Sequence record: KU521356.1
Length of the DNA stretch: 64,000 nucleotides
Reading direction: 5' to 3' (one strand)
The notes under the pieces were generated by a model. It saw only the letters and a list, made by a program, of their open reading frames with translations, did not search any database and had not been told where the DNA came from. Numbering within the stretch: position 1 is the stretch's first letter; every line of letters starts with the position of its first letter. A program made the position numbers and the translations under genes. Positions 47,945 through 56,419 of the stretch are shown here, piece by piece.

Positions 47945-48067
47945 GTAAAGAATACCCAAATCGGGATCTCCCGGACTATCTCCCTTCAGCGTTCCCGTCC
48001 GCAAATGAAGGTGCCGCCGAGATCCCACCTATTGATAATGCCCTCCCTTCGGGGAGGGCATTATTTC
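47945..48067 (+). ncRNA. Candidate structured RNA B (about 120 nt, possible pseudoknot)
   Basis: TATGTA at 47942; GGGATCTC/GAGATCCC, CGGAC/GTCCG and CCTTCA/TGAAGG pairings; 40 of 64 core nt are G/C; UUCG terminator 48040-48059. Confidence 0.6.
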
Positions 48068-48102
48068 GCTTAAGCCTATTTATTTTATTATAAGGAGTGA
48101 AA

Positions 48103-48834
48103 ATGACATATATCGTAAATGATGGTAAAGTCATGATTGCAGACTGCCTATTAATTGAGCGGAATAATGCAACTGATAGCATTGGGCGACTTCCAGTATT
48201 AGATAACGGTTATATTGATCTAACTGCTAAAGCTGAAGGTGTAGATGTATATTACAATGATTGCCACAAGATAATTTTTCATCCGACAGTTACTTGGCAA
48301 GGTAAACGTGTTAAAACTATGGCTTTTGCTGGAACTATAGATAATGTTTATGATCTATTGAATGCCCTTACCGCAGGTGTTGATTTAGCTGATTGGTTTA
48401 AAGTTGAAGTAAATATCTTGCCAGTCATAGAACGCAGGTTGTTTAATGGTAATACTTCTATGATGTTCACTATGGAGAATGGTGACATATATACAGTTAT
48501 TCTTAAAGACATGGGTATCAACATCACCAAGAAAGATTGGGCTCATTTGGGTAGTGGTGTAGATGCAGTTAATAGTGTACTTGAGTTTATCCCTAATTGT
48601 AATGATAATGGATCAACCAAACTAACTGCACTTGAAGCATTTGCTATTGCATGTGCACATACTACTACTGTAAGTCGTAAATTTGATTATTACATCCATG
48701 CTACAGGTGAGTACAAGCAAAATCAAGAACTATCAACTAAACAACTAAAATGGATACTAGCGCGCATTCAAAAGCGGATGGATCTTACCCGCATTTTCAA
48801 TGACCGCGAATATGCCAATAACATATGGGGTTGA
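48103..48834 (+). CDS. HslV/proteasome-beta-like Ntn peptidase
   Basis: AAGGAG RBS gives the start M-T-Y-I-V (Thr1 nucleophile); MIAD; HLGSG; LTALEAFAIAC helix. Confidence 0.65.
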   Translation: MTYIVNDGKVMIADCLLIERNNATDSIGRLPVLDNGYIDLTAKAEGVDVYYNDCHKIIFHPTVTWQGKRVKTMAFAGTIDNVYDLLNALTAGVDLADWFKVEVNILPVIERRLFNGNTSMMFTMENGDIYTVILKDMGINITKKDWAHLGSGVDAVNSVLEFIPNCNDNGSTKLTALEAFAIACAHTTTVSRKFDYYIHATGEYKQNQELSTKQLKWILARIQKRMDLTRIFNDREYANNIWG

Positions 48835-48839
48835 TTTGT

Positions 48840-49355
48840 ATGAGTAATTCTAATATGGATATGCTATATTACACTAATGTAAATTGGGAGCAATATTTTC
48901 ATCATGTGAAACAACGTGCAGATGATACTGTTAAAGTAATGTATAAACCTGAATATGAAGATCTTATTGATGAAGCATGTAGGCCATTAATTAAATGGTT
49001 TAATCAATTTATCAATGTTGCAACTATTTATTGCTGTTCAGGCCATGTTGATGAAGAAACTGGTGGTAGCCCTGGATACATTAGTCTTTTATTTAAAGAT
49101 ACCAATGCAGAGAATTCTGCAATGCGTTTATTGCGTGAAGCAATGTGTAAGGGGCGTGAGTGTAAGATCCCATTCGAAATTGAACTGGGGGCTTATTTCG
49201 GGCATCTACATGAGACCATTGATCAGAATCACTGGGTCGCCAATCTAGTCATCCGCACCAATAGCTACAAACGTAAAAATACGTATGATCGCTATTGGCA
49301 TCGTCTTTACAATATCATAACAACATGTAATACTGAGGGTTTATACACCGTCTAA
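48840..49355 (+). CDS. TYW3-like protein
   Basis: IDEACRPLIKWFN...ATIYCCSGH...GYISL motif. Confidence 0.55.
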   Translation: MSNSNMDMLYYTNVNWEQYFHHVKQRADDTVKVMYKPEYEDLIDEACRPLIKWFNQFINVATIYCCSGHVDEETGGSPGYISLLFKDTNAENSAMRLLREAMCKGRECKIPFEIELGAYFGHLHETIDQNHWVANLVIRTNSYKRKNTYDRYWHRLYNIITTCNTEGLYTV

Positions 49356-49373
49356 AAAATCTGAGATAATTTA

Positions 49374-49523
49374 ATGAATGATATTAAAAATACATTATTA
49401 GTTAGATTAAAGAGGAAACAAAAAGCTAAGCGTATAGATAAATTACAAAGACTAGGTTTATGGTTTATTCTATTGCTATGTGTATCTAATCTATTTGTCC
49501 AATTAATAAAAGGTATATTCTAA
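49374..49523 (+). CDS. 49-aa basic protein with C-terminal TM
   Basis: Read by hand; ...RLGLWFILLLCVSNLFVQLIKGIF; stop abuts next ATG. Confidence 0.55.
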   Translation: MNDIKNTLLVRLKRKQKAKRIDKLQRLGLWFILLLCVSNLFVQLIKGIF

Positions 49524-50204
49524 ATGGCAGAAAAGCTCAGTTTTGCTGATATATTTAAGATGGCTAAAGAGGAAAATGTTAAGCTTGAATTGCATTGTCT
49601 AATTGGTACTCGACCAGTTAGGGGTCTTATTAAAAGTTTAAACTTTAATTCAATCAGACCTGATATATGTGAATCTGTTAATTTATATGTAAATGTATTT
49701 TCTAAAGTAGTAGAGGCTAGAGTAGATCTATCAAGTACTACTGCTGATTATGGTTGCTGGAGAATGACGCCAGAAACTAAGAATTATGTAGATAGTAAAT
49801 ATAACTTACCAGAAAAAATTGATATCACTAATCCAGATATCGTTAGGAGTAATATTAATTATTACCTCAGTTTACCTACTAAGGAACGCACTGAGTTATT
49901 TAATAAAATAAATAATCCTAATGTCATTGAGGCAATAAACAAAGAATGGTCTAAAATGGTTGTAGAGTATTATCAATTTGAGATCGATTCGTTTATTGGA
50001 TTAATTGATTTCGATCATGTCCTTATCAGTAAGTTCATGGTATTTAACTGGATGGATGATCTGTTTGAATATGCTTTAAATATCCCATTAAAACAAACCA
50101 ATACAGTAAATGAAGGCACCTGTTGCTTACTGGTTCACAAAGATAAAAAGGCAACATATACCCATTTTACTGATATTAAAAATCTTATCAAAGTAAGTGT
50201 ATAA
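49524..50204 (+). CDS. Hypothetical protein
   Basis: AAGGT RBS. Confidence 0.75.
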   Translation: MAEKLSFADIFKMAKEENVKLELHCLIGTRPVRGLIKSLNFNSIRPDICESVNLYVNVFSKVVEARVDLSSTTADYGCWRMTPETKNYVDSKYNLPEKIDITNPDIVRSNINYYLSLPTKERTELFNKINNPNVIEAINKEWSKMVVEYYQFEIDSFIGLIDFDHVLISKFMVFNWMDDLFEYALNIPLKQTNTVNEGTCCLLVHKDKKATYTHFTDIKNLIKVSV

Positions 50205-50216
50205 TTACGGCATAAA

Positions 50217-50238
50217 CCCCTCTCCGTATGGAGAGGGG
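50217..50238. terminator. Terminator at the strand switch
   Basis: CCCCTCTCC-gtat-GGAGAGGGG between convergent + and - blocks. Confidence 0.8.
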
Positions 50239-50264
50239 ATATGTCTTTATTTTTTTATTTAAAC

Positions 50265-50654
50265 TCACTTAGAAAAATCTTCTACTGGAATATCATCCAG
50301 CCAATCATTAAGTAGTTTAAATTGATGAGGGTGTTGCATCTTAGTAACTTTACCATACTTAACACTAACTGCTTTACCAGTAGACACGGCAAGATCAACT
50401 AGTTTCTTTTCATATGCATTAAACTCATCATACCACCGAGTATGAATAAGTTTTGCTAGGCGATCGTAAGCCGTCTTTCGATAATGATCTTCTTGTTCGC
50501 GACGCTGTTCGTCAAGTAGTTCTTTTTGACGTTGTTCTTGCTGACGCTTTTCTTCTTCCTTTTTCTCTTTCTCTAGTCGTTTCTTCTCAGCAAAATATGA
50601 TAGAACCGGTAGTTTGAAAAGTAGGCTTAGAAGTAGTTGAAAGAATTGTTTCAT
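50265..50654 (-). CDS. Hypothetical protein, hydrophobic N-terminus plus charged coiled coil
   Basis: GAGGAA RBS before MKQFFQLLL. Confidence 0.7.
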   Translation of the reverse strand: MKQFFQLLLSLLFKLPVLSYFAEKKRLEKEKKEEEKRQQEQRQKELLDEQRREQEDHYRKTAYDRLAKLIHTRWYDEFNAYEKKLVDLAVSTGKAVSVKYGKVTKMQHPHQFKLLNDWLDDIPVEDFSK

Positions 50655-50734
50655 TAGTATTTCCTCAGTTTGATTAAATAGATAATTTACAAATAGCAAT
50701 CCGCCTAGTTACATACTAGATAGCTGTAAGTATT

Positions 50735-51145
50735 TTAATCCGTTACAATGTCTGGATAACGTTCATCAATTAATGATTTTCTATATGCAAACTCACGCAC
50801 CTCTGCTTCTAATTTTTCTTTAGTTGCATCTGTAGCACCGATCACAATAATTGAATCATTATTAATTGATAACTCTACGTCATTATCTTTTCCAAATACT
50901 AATTTAAAAACAGTATTTAATTCATCTAATTGATCTTGAACGGTTACTGTATCATCATGGATTGCCCTAGACGGTTCCTCTAATAGACCCTCTAGCACTT
51001 TATAAGACTTTATAAAAAGAGTATCATTAAAATCTTCTTTTAACCATGTTAATTCAAGTGTATATAAATCAACCACTCTATTAAGATTTGAAGTAGTTAT
51101 ATCTGTTTTCCATTCATAACCTAGATAGTTAGTTTCATTACTCAT
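50735..51145 (-). CDS. Acidic hypothetical protein
   Basis: AAGGAG RBS. Confidence 0.75.
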   Translation of the reverse strand: MSNETNYLGYEWKTDITTSNLNRVVDLYTLELTWLKEDFNDTLFIKSYKVLEGLLEEPSRAIHDDTVTVQDQLDELNTVFKLVFGKDNDVELSINNDSIIVIGATDATKEKLEAEVREFAYRKSLIDERYPDIVTD

Positions 51146-51187
51146 TATAAACTCCTTTGATTAATACATATTAAATAATCTGGAGTA

Positions 51188-51364
51188 TTATTTCTTTGTA
51201 ATGCGATAACCAACTGACCATAAATCTATACGGACGAAACCTTTTCCCTCATGTTGACCGTATAAACATACACGTAACATTCTATTACCTGGCTTCATAT
51301 CAATTCGTGTTACCTCAAATTTATTAGTAATGTATTCTTGGATGATAAATAATAGATGACTCAT
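51188..51364 (-). CDS. 58-aa small protein
   Basis: AGGAA RBS; MSHLLFIIQEYITNKFEVTRIDMKPGNRMLRVCLYGQHEGKGFVRIDLWSVGYRITKK. Confidence 0.65.
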   Translation of the reverse strand: MSHLLFIIQEYITNKFEVTRIDMKPGNRMLRVCLYGQHEGKGFVRIDLWSVGYRITKK

Positions 51365-51493
51365 TTTATATTTTCCTGATTAATGACAAACATAAGCCCC
51401 TCCATATGGAGGGGCAATATGATTTACTGAGTCTTTCGCGTTCAATCCCATCCTAACTAATATATTTAAGAATAGTTTAAACCTCAGTAAATT

Positions 51494-51570
51494 TGGTGCC
51501 GCCACTCCGAATCGAACGGAGGACCTACGCATTACAAGTGCGTTGCTCTACCTAGCTGAGCTATAGCGGC
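51494..51570 (-). tRNA. tRNA-Thr(UGU)
   Basis: Full cloverleaf, ACGCA-CTTGTAA-TGCGT anticodon arm, TTCGA T-loop, encoded CCA. Confidence 0.97.
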
Positions 51571-51629
51571 GGAATCTTCTACATATAGTGTATATGAAAG
51601 TATTATTTTATTATAATAAATAGAGTTAT

Positions 51630-51660
51630 ATTCAAACATATTTAAACAGTATATTATTAA
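51630..51660 (+). promoter_or_regulatory. Early-type promoter divergent from tRNA-Thr
   Basis: TTCAAACATATTTAAACAGTATATTA shared with the 21.2 kb promoter. Confidence 0.7.
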
Positions 51661-51713
51661 CTTGATATTACTAAATGTAATATTTTCTATTAATTGTAAA
51701 TAGGATACTAAAT

Positions 51714-51851
51714 ATGAATATTGATCCAAAAACTTTTGGTATTATTGTTAGCGCCACTATTGGCACCGTAGGTGCTCTTATTCTTACGTATGGTATCGTG
51801 AGAGCAGTGCGTGGAAATAATAAACCTGATGTAAAAGATGTAGCAGAGTAA
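51714..51851 (+). CDS. 45-aa single-pass membrane peptide
   Basis: AGGA RBS; MNIDPKTFGIIVSATIGTVGALILTYGIVRAVRGNNKPDVKDVAE; own promoter and terminator. Confidence 0.75.
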   Translation: MNIDPKTFGIIVSATIGTVGALILTYGIVRAVRGNNKPDVKDVAE

Positions 51852-51909
51852 GATAACATAGAGCTAGCCCATTAGGGGCTAGCTCTTATATTTATTTTTT
51901 TTATTTGTT

Positions 51910-52536
51910 TTAACTTGGGGTACTATAATAAATAAATTTAGTTAATTCGGCTTCTTGCTCTTTGATTATATTATTTTTTGTTTGCTTAACATTAATATAA
52001 GATTCAATAGATAGCCAACGCTGATCATATTCGGCTAAGTCATTGAATTCAATTTTCTCGAATCGCCATGACTGAACAGTGGTTCTAATCAGATTACCTG
52101 ATTTATTAACAATATAACCTTGCATTGTCTCAAAAAAGTCATCTGCTTTACTAATAACAATAATTAGATATACATCATCTGTGTTTTTAGTATGCATTGA
52201 TTTTAATTTATAGACACGTGGGTTAAAAGAATCAATATCTTTATAATGTTCTTTGATTTCTAGAACAGCATCAATCATCATCTTGGCGCTATTTTGAATA
52301 CCGTTATTAAGTAGATATTCATTAAGTTCTTTTAATGAGTCATCACTCAATGATGCTTCGATATGTTCTTCACTTATAGGGTAGTGATAAACTAATTTAT
52401 TAATAGCTGAATTAACAACATTTAGTTTATCAACATCATAAACTTCTAATGTTTGCTTGCCAACTTTTATTTTTAATCCTTTATTTGAATCATTAATAAA
52501 GTTGTCTAGATCTACTTCAGTAAAATGAAAAGCCAT
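51910..52536 (-). CDS. Hypothetical protein
   Basis: AAGGTG RBS before MAFHF. Confidence 0.75.
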   Translation of the reverse strand: MAFHFTEVDLDNFINDSNKGLKIKVGKQTLEVYDVDKLNVVNSAINKLVYHYPISEEHIEASLSDDSLKELNEYLLNNGIQNSAKMMIDAVLEIKEHYKDIDSFNPRVYKLKSMHTKNTDDVYLIIVISKADDFFETMQGYIVNKSGNLIRTTVQSWRFEKIEFNDLAEYDQRWLSIESYINVKQTKNNIIKEQEAELTKFIYYSTPS

Positions 52537-52700
52537 TTTAATCACCTTTATGTTTTCCGTAGTGAAGTGAATAAACACACACCCGGTTTCTGGTTAGGAT
52601 AAAGTATGGTTAATCCATACATAATAAAATACGCAAGAGTATTAAATTAAAAAAACTAATATAACCTGATAAAAACCCTCCCATAATGGGAGGGTTATAA

Positions 52701-53271
52701 TTAGCTTTTAAGAACAGGTTTTAATATTAGATAAATATAGCAGTTAGCAGTAACTGTGGTTTCAACTACTTTACCATCACTATCGATTGCTAAAAGATTA
52801 GATGGATTATTAGTGGATACAGTTGATGATAGTATTTTATACGAATCTGCTAATCGGATACTAATTAAAGGGCGTTGAGTACGTTTAACTCGACTACAGA
52901 AGAATGTTAAAAGGTATTCAGTACACTCTTCTATAGTAGGTATACTAACCTCCCAAGTAACATCCTGCATTTCGATATTACGACCTTGTTGAACAGGGCC
53001 TCCTAAAGCAGTTATCATTGCACTTGGTAACTTATCAGTCATGTCACCGGAAGACGCCATTAAACCAGCTTGATATATAGTTACAGCACTAACTAAATAT
53101 ATTGACGCTGTATCGAAAAGAGCTATGTATTTATCGCCAATCCCATATGTTACTGGCACCGCATCTAAATCGGCAAACTTAATAGGTTTACCAGGAGTAG
53201 CCGCAATTAATGAATGGGTTGGTTTATTTTCTGGAACATATGTTTTAGTTAAATGACATACACAAAGCCAT
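52701..53271 (-). pseudogene. Gene probably split by a 1-nt frameshift near its start
   Basis: ATG 53271 gives MALCMSFN*; removing one T yields MACVCHLTKTYVPENK... in frame with the 52701..53159 ORF. Confidence 0.45.
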
Positions 53272-53380
53272 TTTTATGACTTCGCGTATGCGTGGCACGT
53301 ATCTATTAAGATGATACAACTTCATATCATAACAACATAAAGCCCTCCGTGATGGAGGGCTTTTATTTTATTTTTATACT

Positions 53381-53905
53381 TTAACTAAAACGAACTACAA
53401 TTACACTAGTACCAAAAGTATCAGCTACCCACTGATTAAATTCTTTATCAGTAATACCTCGTAAATTCAGATTATAAGATGCGTTATCTACAAGTATATA
53501 GCGGATATCTGAAAGTAAATTTTCATTAAAGTCTTTCTGGATCGTTGATAGTCCAGATTTATGGATATAGCTACGTAGTTTAAATGTAGTTAAATATGGA
53601 ATAATGTTATCTGGTGTTTTGGATAGTTTATCTTGAGCACCACGTCGAATTCTTTCGTCGGTGAATACTGCCAAACATTCACCAGGGTAGCGTTTTGAAA
53701 ATTCCATTAATGCTGTAGTACTACCAGATTGACGACCAATAAAAAACCCTACTGTTCTATGATCACGTATAGTGATATGACTGACATCATTAAGATGATA
53801 ATGCATCCCATACTTATTCCAATTCTCATTAGTTTTATATATCAATGCATCCAGGATAGCCTGGTAATCAACAATAGTTTTTACAAACTGATTTGTGTTA
53901 TTCAT
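53381..53905 (-). CDS. Degenerate P-loop (terminase/helicase-like) protein
   Basis: FFIGRQSGSTT (Lys replaced by Ser); YILVDNA Walker-B-like. Confidence 0.55.
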   Translation of the reverse strand: MNNTNQFVKTIVDYQAILDALIYKTNENWNKYGMHYHLNDVSHITIRDHRTVGFFIGRQSGSTTALMEFSKRYPGECLAVFTDERIRRGAQDKLSKTPDNIIPYLTTFKLRSYIHKSGLSTIQKDFNENLLSDIRYILVDNASYNLNLRGITDKEFNQWVADTFGTSVIVVRFS

Positions 53906-54049
53906 TATAGAAGTTCCTTTATTACAATGTAGTATATAACCTTTATTAAATTAGGTTATATACCGGCTATGGAAAAGGCCTCGTCACCTTCCCTTCACCT
54001 ATATTAAATATCAATAGTGGTTATAAAGAACGAGATACACTCATTGACA

Positions 54050-54162
54050 TAATATAGCCAGGGGTGGCAAACCCCTGGCATTCAGACACACTCTATAATT
54101 AAATCTACCACCGAGTGTATTTAGTGGATAGCTTTAGGATTATCTAGATAAAGTAATCCTAC
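54050..54162 (-). ncRNA. Candidate sRNA C (about 110 nt)
   Basis: TATGTAG at 54165-54159; AGGATTA/TAATCCT 5' hairpin; ACACTC/GAGTGT stem; GCCAGGGG/CCCCTGGC 3' hairpin. Confidence 0.4.
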
Positions 54163-54196
54163 ATAATATCATCGCACTAGTATTTTTATCTTTAGT

Positions 54197-55204
54197 TTAA
54201 TCGAGAACTAATGGGGCTACTTTAACTTGATATATACCAGTTAATAATTGGCTTTTCAACATATATGCTCCACCACCAACCGCCATTTTAGATCCACCTA
54301 CAATGATCATGCTATTATCCGGACCTTTAGCTATAGATGAAATATTAAGGAATCCGATACCTAGTTCAAATGGTTCAGCCCATTTCCGGCGCCTAATATT
54401 AAAACGTTGTGCAAACATTTTAGTTACACCGCCGACATCAACAGCGTTAAGGTAATTAAAATAGTCCCCATCTACATAACCATTACCTTGCCAGATTGTT
54501 CCTTTATCAGCAGGTATAATCATCCAAGGTGTTTGCTCCCATATTAAGGTAGTTGCATTATATCGATAAACTTCAAGATTAGGTATGTTCTTTGTATTAT
54601 CCCAACCACCAAAATGGTAAAAGTAACCATTATAAAAGAATAACTGTTGACCTGAACGAGCACCACCTGAATAGTCTTGCCCGCTAAGCCAAGACTTACT
54701 TGATGGTTTTAATCGCATTGCGTTTACGCCAATTGGGTTAACGCATAGAATAAGATCATTACCATCTGATGCGGAGGCTGTGCCCCAAAGTGGTACGGGA
54801 CCACTATATCGCTCAACCCTATTGCCTGTAGCTATATCAAAATGTTGTATAAAGTTAGATGTTCCCGTACCACCATTACCAGCCGAGTTCCATCCAGTAA
54901 TACCGCCATAAACAATAAAGTTATTCTTATGTAATGTCCCAAATCCTAAAGATACCCCTGGTAAGAATGTTCCAGAAGCAGTTGCACCTATATCGGCAAA
55001 TGGCGATATGGTAAAACGTCTGAACACAGTTGCAGCTGTTTGTCCTTCAGTATGATGACCAGATCCAACATACAGTGTATTTCCATCCACATATGACATT
55101 GTACCAGCTAACGCTACAGGTAGATCACCTAATTTAATAATTTCATTAAATCCAACCAAGGGTAACTCTTCGCCTATATCTGGCGATAATAGTAATTCAA
55201 ACAT
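54197..55204 (-). CDS. Kelch-repeat beta-propeller protein
   Basis: Repeats such as NFIVYGG, GYFYHFGG, SMIIVGG with Trp at regular spacing. Confidence 0.75.
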   Translation of the reverse strand: MFELLLSPDIGEELPLVGFNEIIKLGDLPVALAGTMSYVDGNTLYVGSGHHTEGQTAATVFRRFTISPFADIGATASGTFLPGVSLGFGTLHKNNFIVYGGITGWNSAGNGGTGTSNFIQHFDIATGNRVERYSGPVPLWGTASASDGNDLILCVNPIGVNAMRLKPSSKSWLSGQDYSGGARSGQQLFFYNGYFYHFGGWDNTKNIPNLEVYRYNATTLIWEQTPWMIIPADKGTIWQGNGYVDGDYFNYLNAVDVGGVTKMFAQRFNIRRRKWAEPFELGIGFLNISSIAKGPDNSMIIVGGSKMAVGGGAYMLKSQLLTGIYQVKVAPLVLD

Positions 55205-55288
55205 GAGTGTGCTCTCAAGTAAATCATTTTAATTCATAAGATAACCCATGGCAACATAAAAGAGTAGCCGAAGCTACTCTTTAGAATA

Positions 55289-55364
<76 letters not shown>

Positions 55365-55370
55365 ATTAAA

Positions 55371-55447
55371 TGGCGCGCCCAAGGGGACTCGAACCCCTGA
55401 CCACCCGCGTGACAGGCGGGTATTCTAACCAACTGAACTATGAGCGC
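55371..55447 (-). tRNA. tRNA-Asp(GUC)
   Basis: Cloverleaf, CCCGC-CTGTCAC-GCGGG, encoded CCA. Confidence 0.97.
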
Positions 55448-55499
55448 AAACGTATGGACATGACTTCCTACATAGTATTACATAACCAGTAATATTTTA

Positions 55500-55847
55500 T
55501 TACGGGCGATCAGTCCAGTGCTTGAAATAGTTACCATCCTTGGGACGATCGTACTTAGCAAGAATATTTTTAAGTTCTTCGCCGGACAACTTAATACTAT
55601 CGCCTACTGGGCTATCCAGTTCAGGGCAAGGTTCAGTTTTACGTGTAATGATTAAATTATCAGTCCCATCTTTGAAGATAAAGATAAACTGCGTTTCATT
55701 AGCACTAATCTTTTTCTTAACGCAATGCTTTACTTCTGGATGTTTCTTGTGGATCGTTACAAAAGATTCAACAAGAGTTAGCTTTATAAACTCAGGGCTA
55801 ATAAATGTGAAATATACAGCGCTCTGCGTTGGGGTTAGATGATCCAT
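55500..55847 (-). CDS. Hypothetical protein
   Basis: GGAG RBS; lies within the tRNA cluster. Confidence 0.75.
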   Translation of the reverse strand: MDHLTPTQSAVYFTFISPEFIKLTLVESFVTIHKKHPEVKHCVKKKISANETQFIFIFKDGTDNLIITRKTEPCPELDSPVGDSIKLSGEELKNILAKYDRPKDGNYFKHWTDRP

Positions 55848-55849
55848 AT

Positions 55850-56155
55850 TTACTCCGTATGTTTGAGATAGGCTTTAACTGCTTTAAGACCTTTATTAAA
55901 GAACATAGCTTCAACATAAGTAATGTTACTTACATCCTCGCCGATAAGTTCCCATTTGATGCAACGTGTAACAGCGTTGATTGTAATATCTAATCCGTTT
56001 GGGAATAGGGTTACTTCATCGGTCAGGTGAATCCAATCGGGAGCCTTCGCTCCATTACGTAAACGGGGACTAAAAGTAAGATTATAAAGTGTTTGTAATG
56101 GTTGTCTCAATAGTTCTTTTTGTTCTTGATGTTCCATGTATTTTCCTAGAGACAT
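55850..56155 (-). CDS. Hypothetical protein
   Basis: 101-aa ORF; start may be the internal Met of MEHQ. Confidence 0.7.
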   Translation of the reverse strand: MSLGKYMEHQEQKELLRQPLQTLYNLTFSPRLRNGAKAPDWIHLTDEVTLFPNGLDITINAVTRCIKWELIGEDVSNITYVEAMFFNKGLKAVKAYLKHTE

Positions 56156-56367
56156 TTAAAAATATAAATAGAATGGTTATCTCTTTCGGTTATCTTTAGA
56201 GTATTCTCATTTCGAATAACTTCAAGAGACTTGTATTTATGTTCCAGAATATCCAGATGAGAAATACACTGTTCCCTATTTTCAAATAGGATATTACTTT
56301 CATTAGTCGAAATGAAACCAAATAATCCAACTTTGATAGATAATACCAACATTATTACTGTATTCAT
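56146..56367 (-). CDS. Small exported/membrane protein with F-x5-C...C pattern
   Basis: GAGGA RBS; MNTVIMLVLSI, FENREQC, C-terminal IFKCL. Confidence 0.7.
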   Translation of the reverse strand: MNTVIMLVLSIKVGLFGFISTNESNILFENREQCISHLDILEHKYKSLEVIRNENTLKITERDNHSIYIFKCL

Positions 56368-56419
56368 GTTTTCCTCAATGAGACAGTATAAAACCTCCCC
56401 CAAGTGGGAGGCTAGTATA

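Noticed and set aside
47945-48030. Known self-cleaving ribozyme
   Set aside because: No hammerhead CUGANGA/GAAA core and no twister, pistol or HDV consensus recognisable by eye; kept only as an unclassified RNA.
47478-48182. Short ORFs 47478-, 47822-, 47899+ and 47976-
   Set aside because: No RBS, they cross terminators and structured RNA, and their composition is atypical.
51532-51859. 62-65-aa ORFs on the - strand
   Set aside because: One runs into tRNA-Thr; the other is the antisense shadow of the 45-aa + strand gene, which has a promoter, RBS and terminator.
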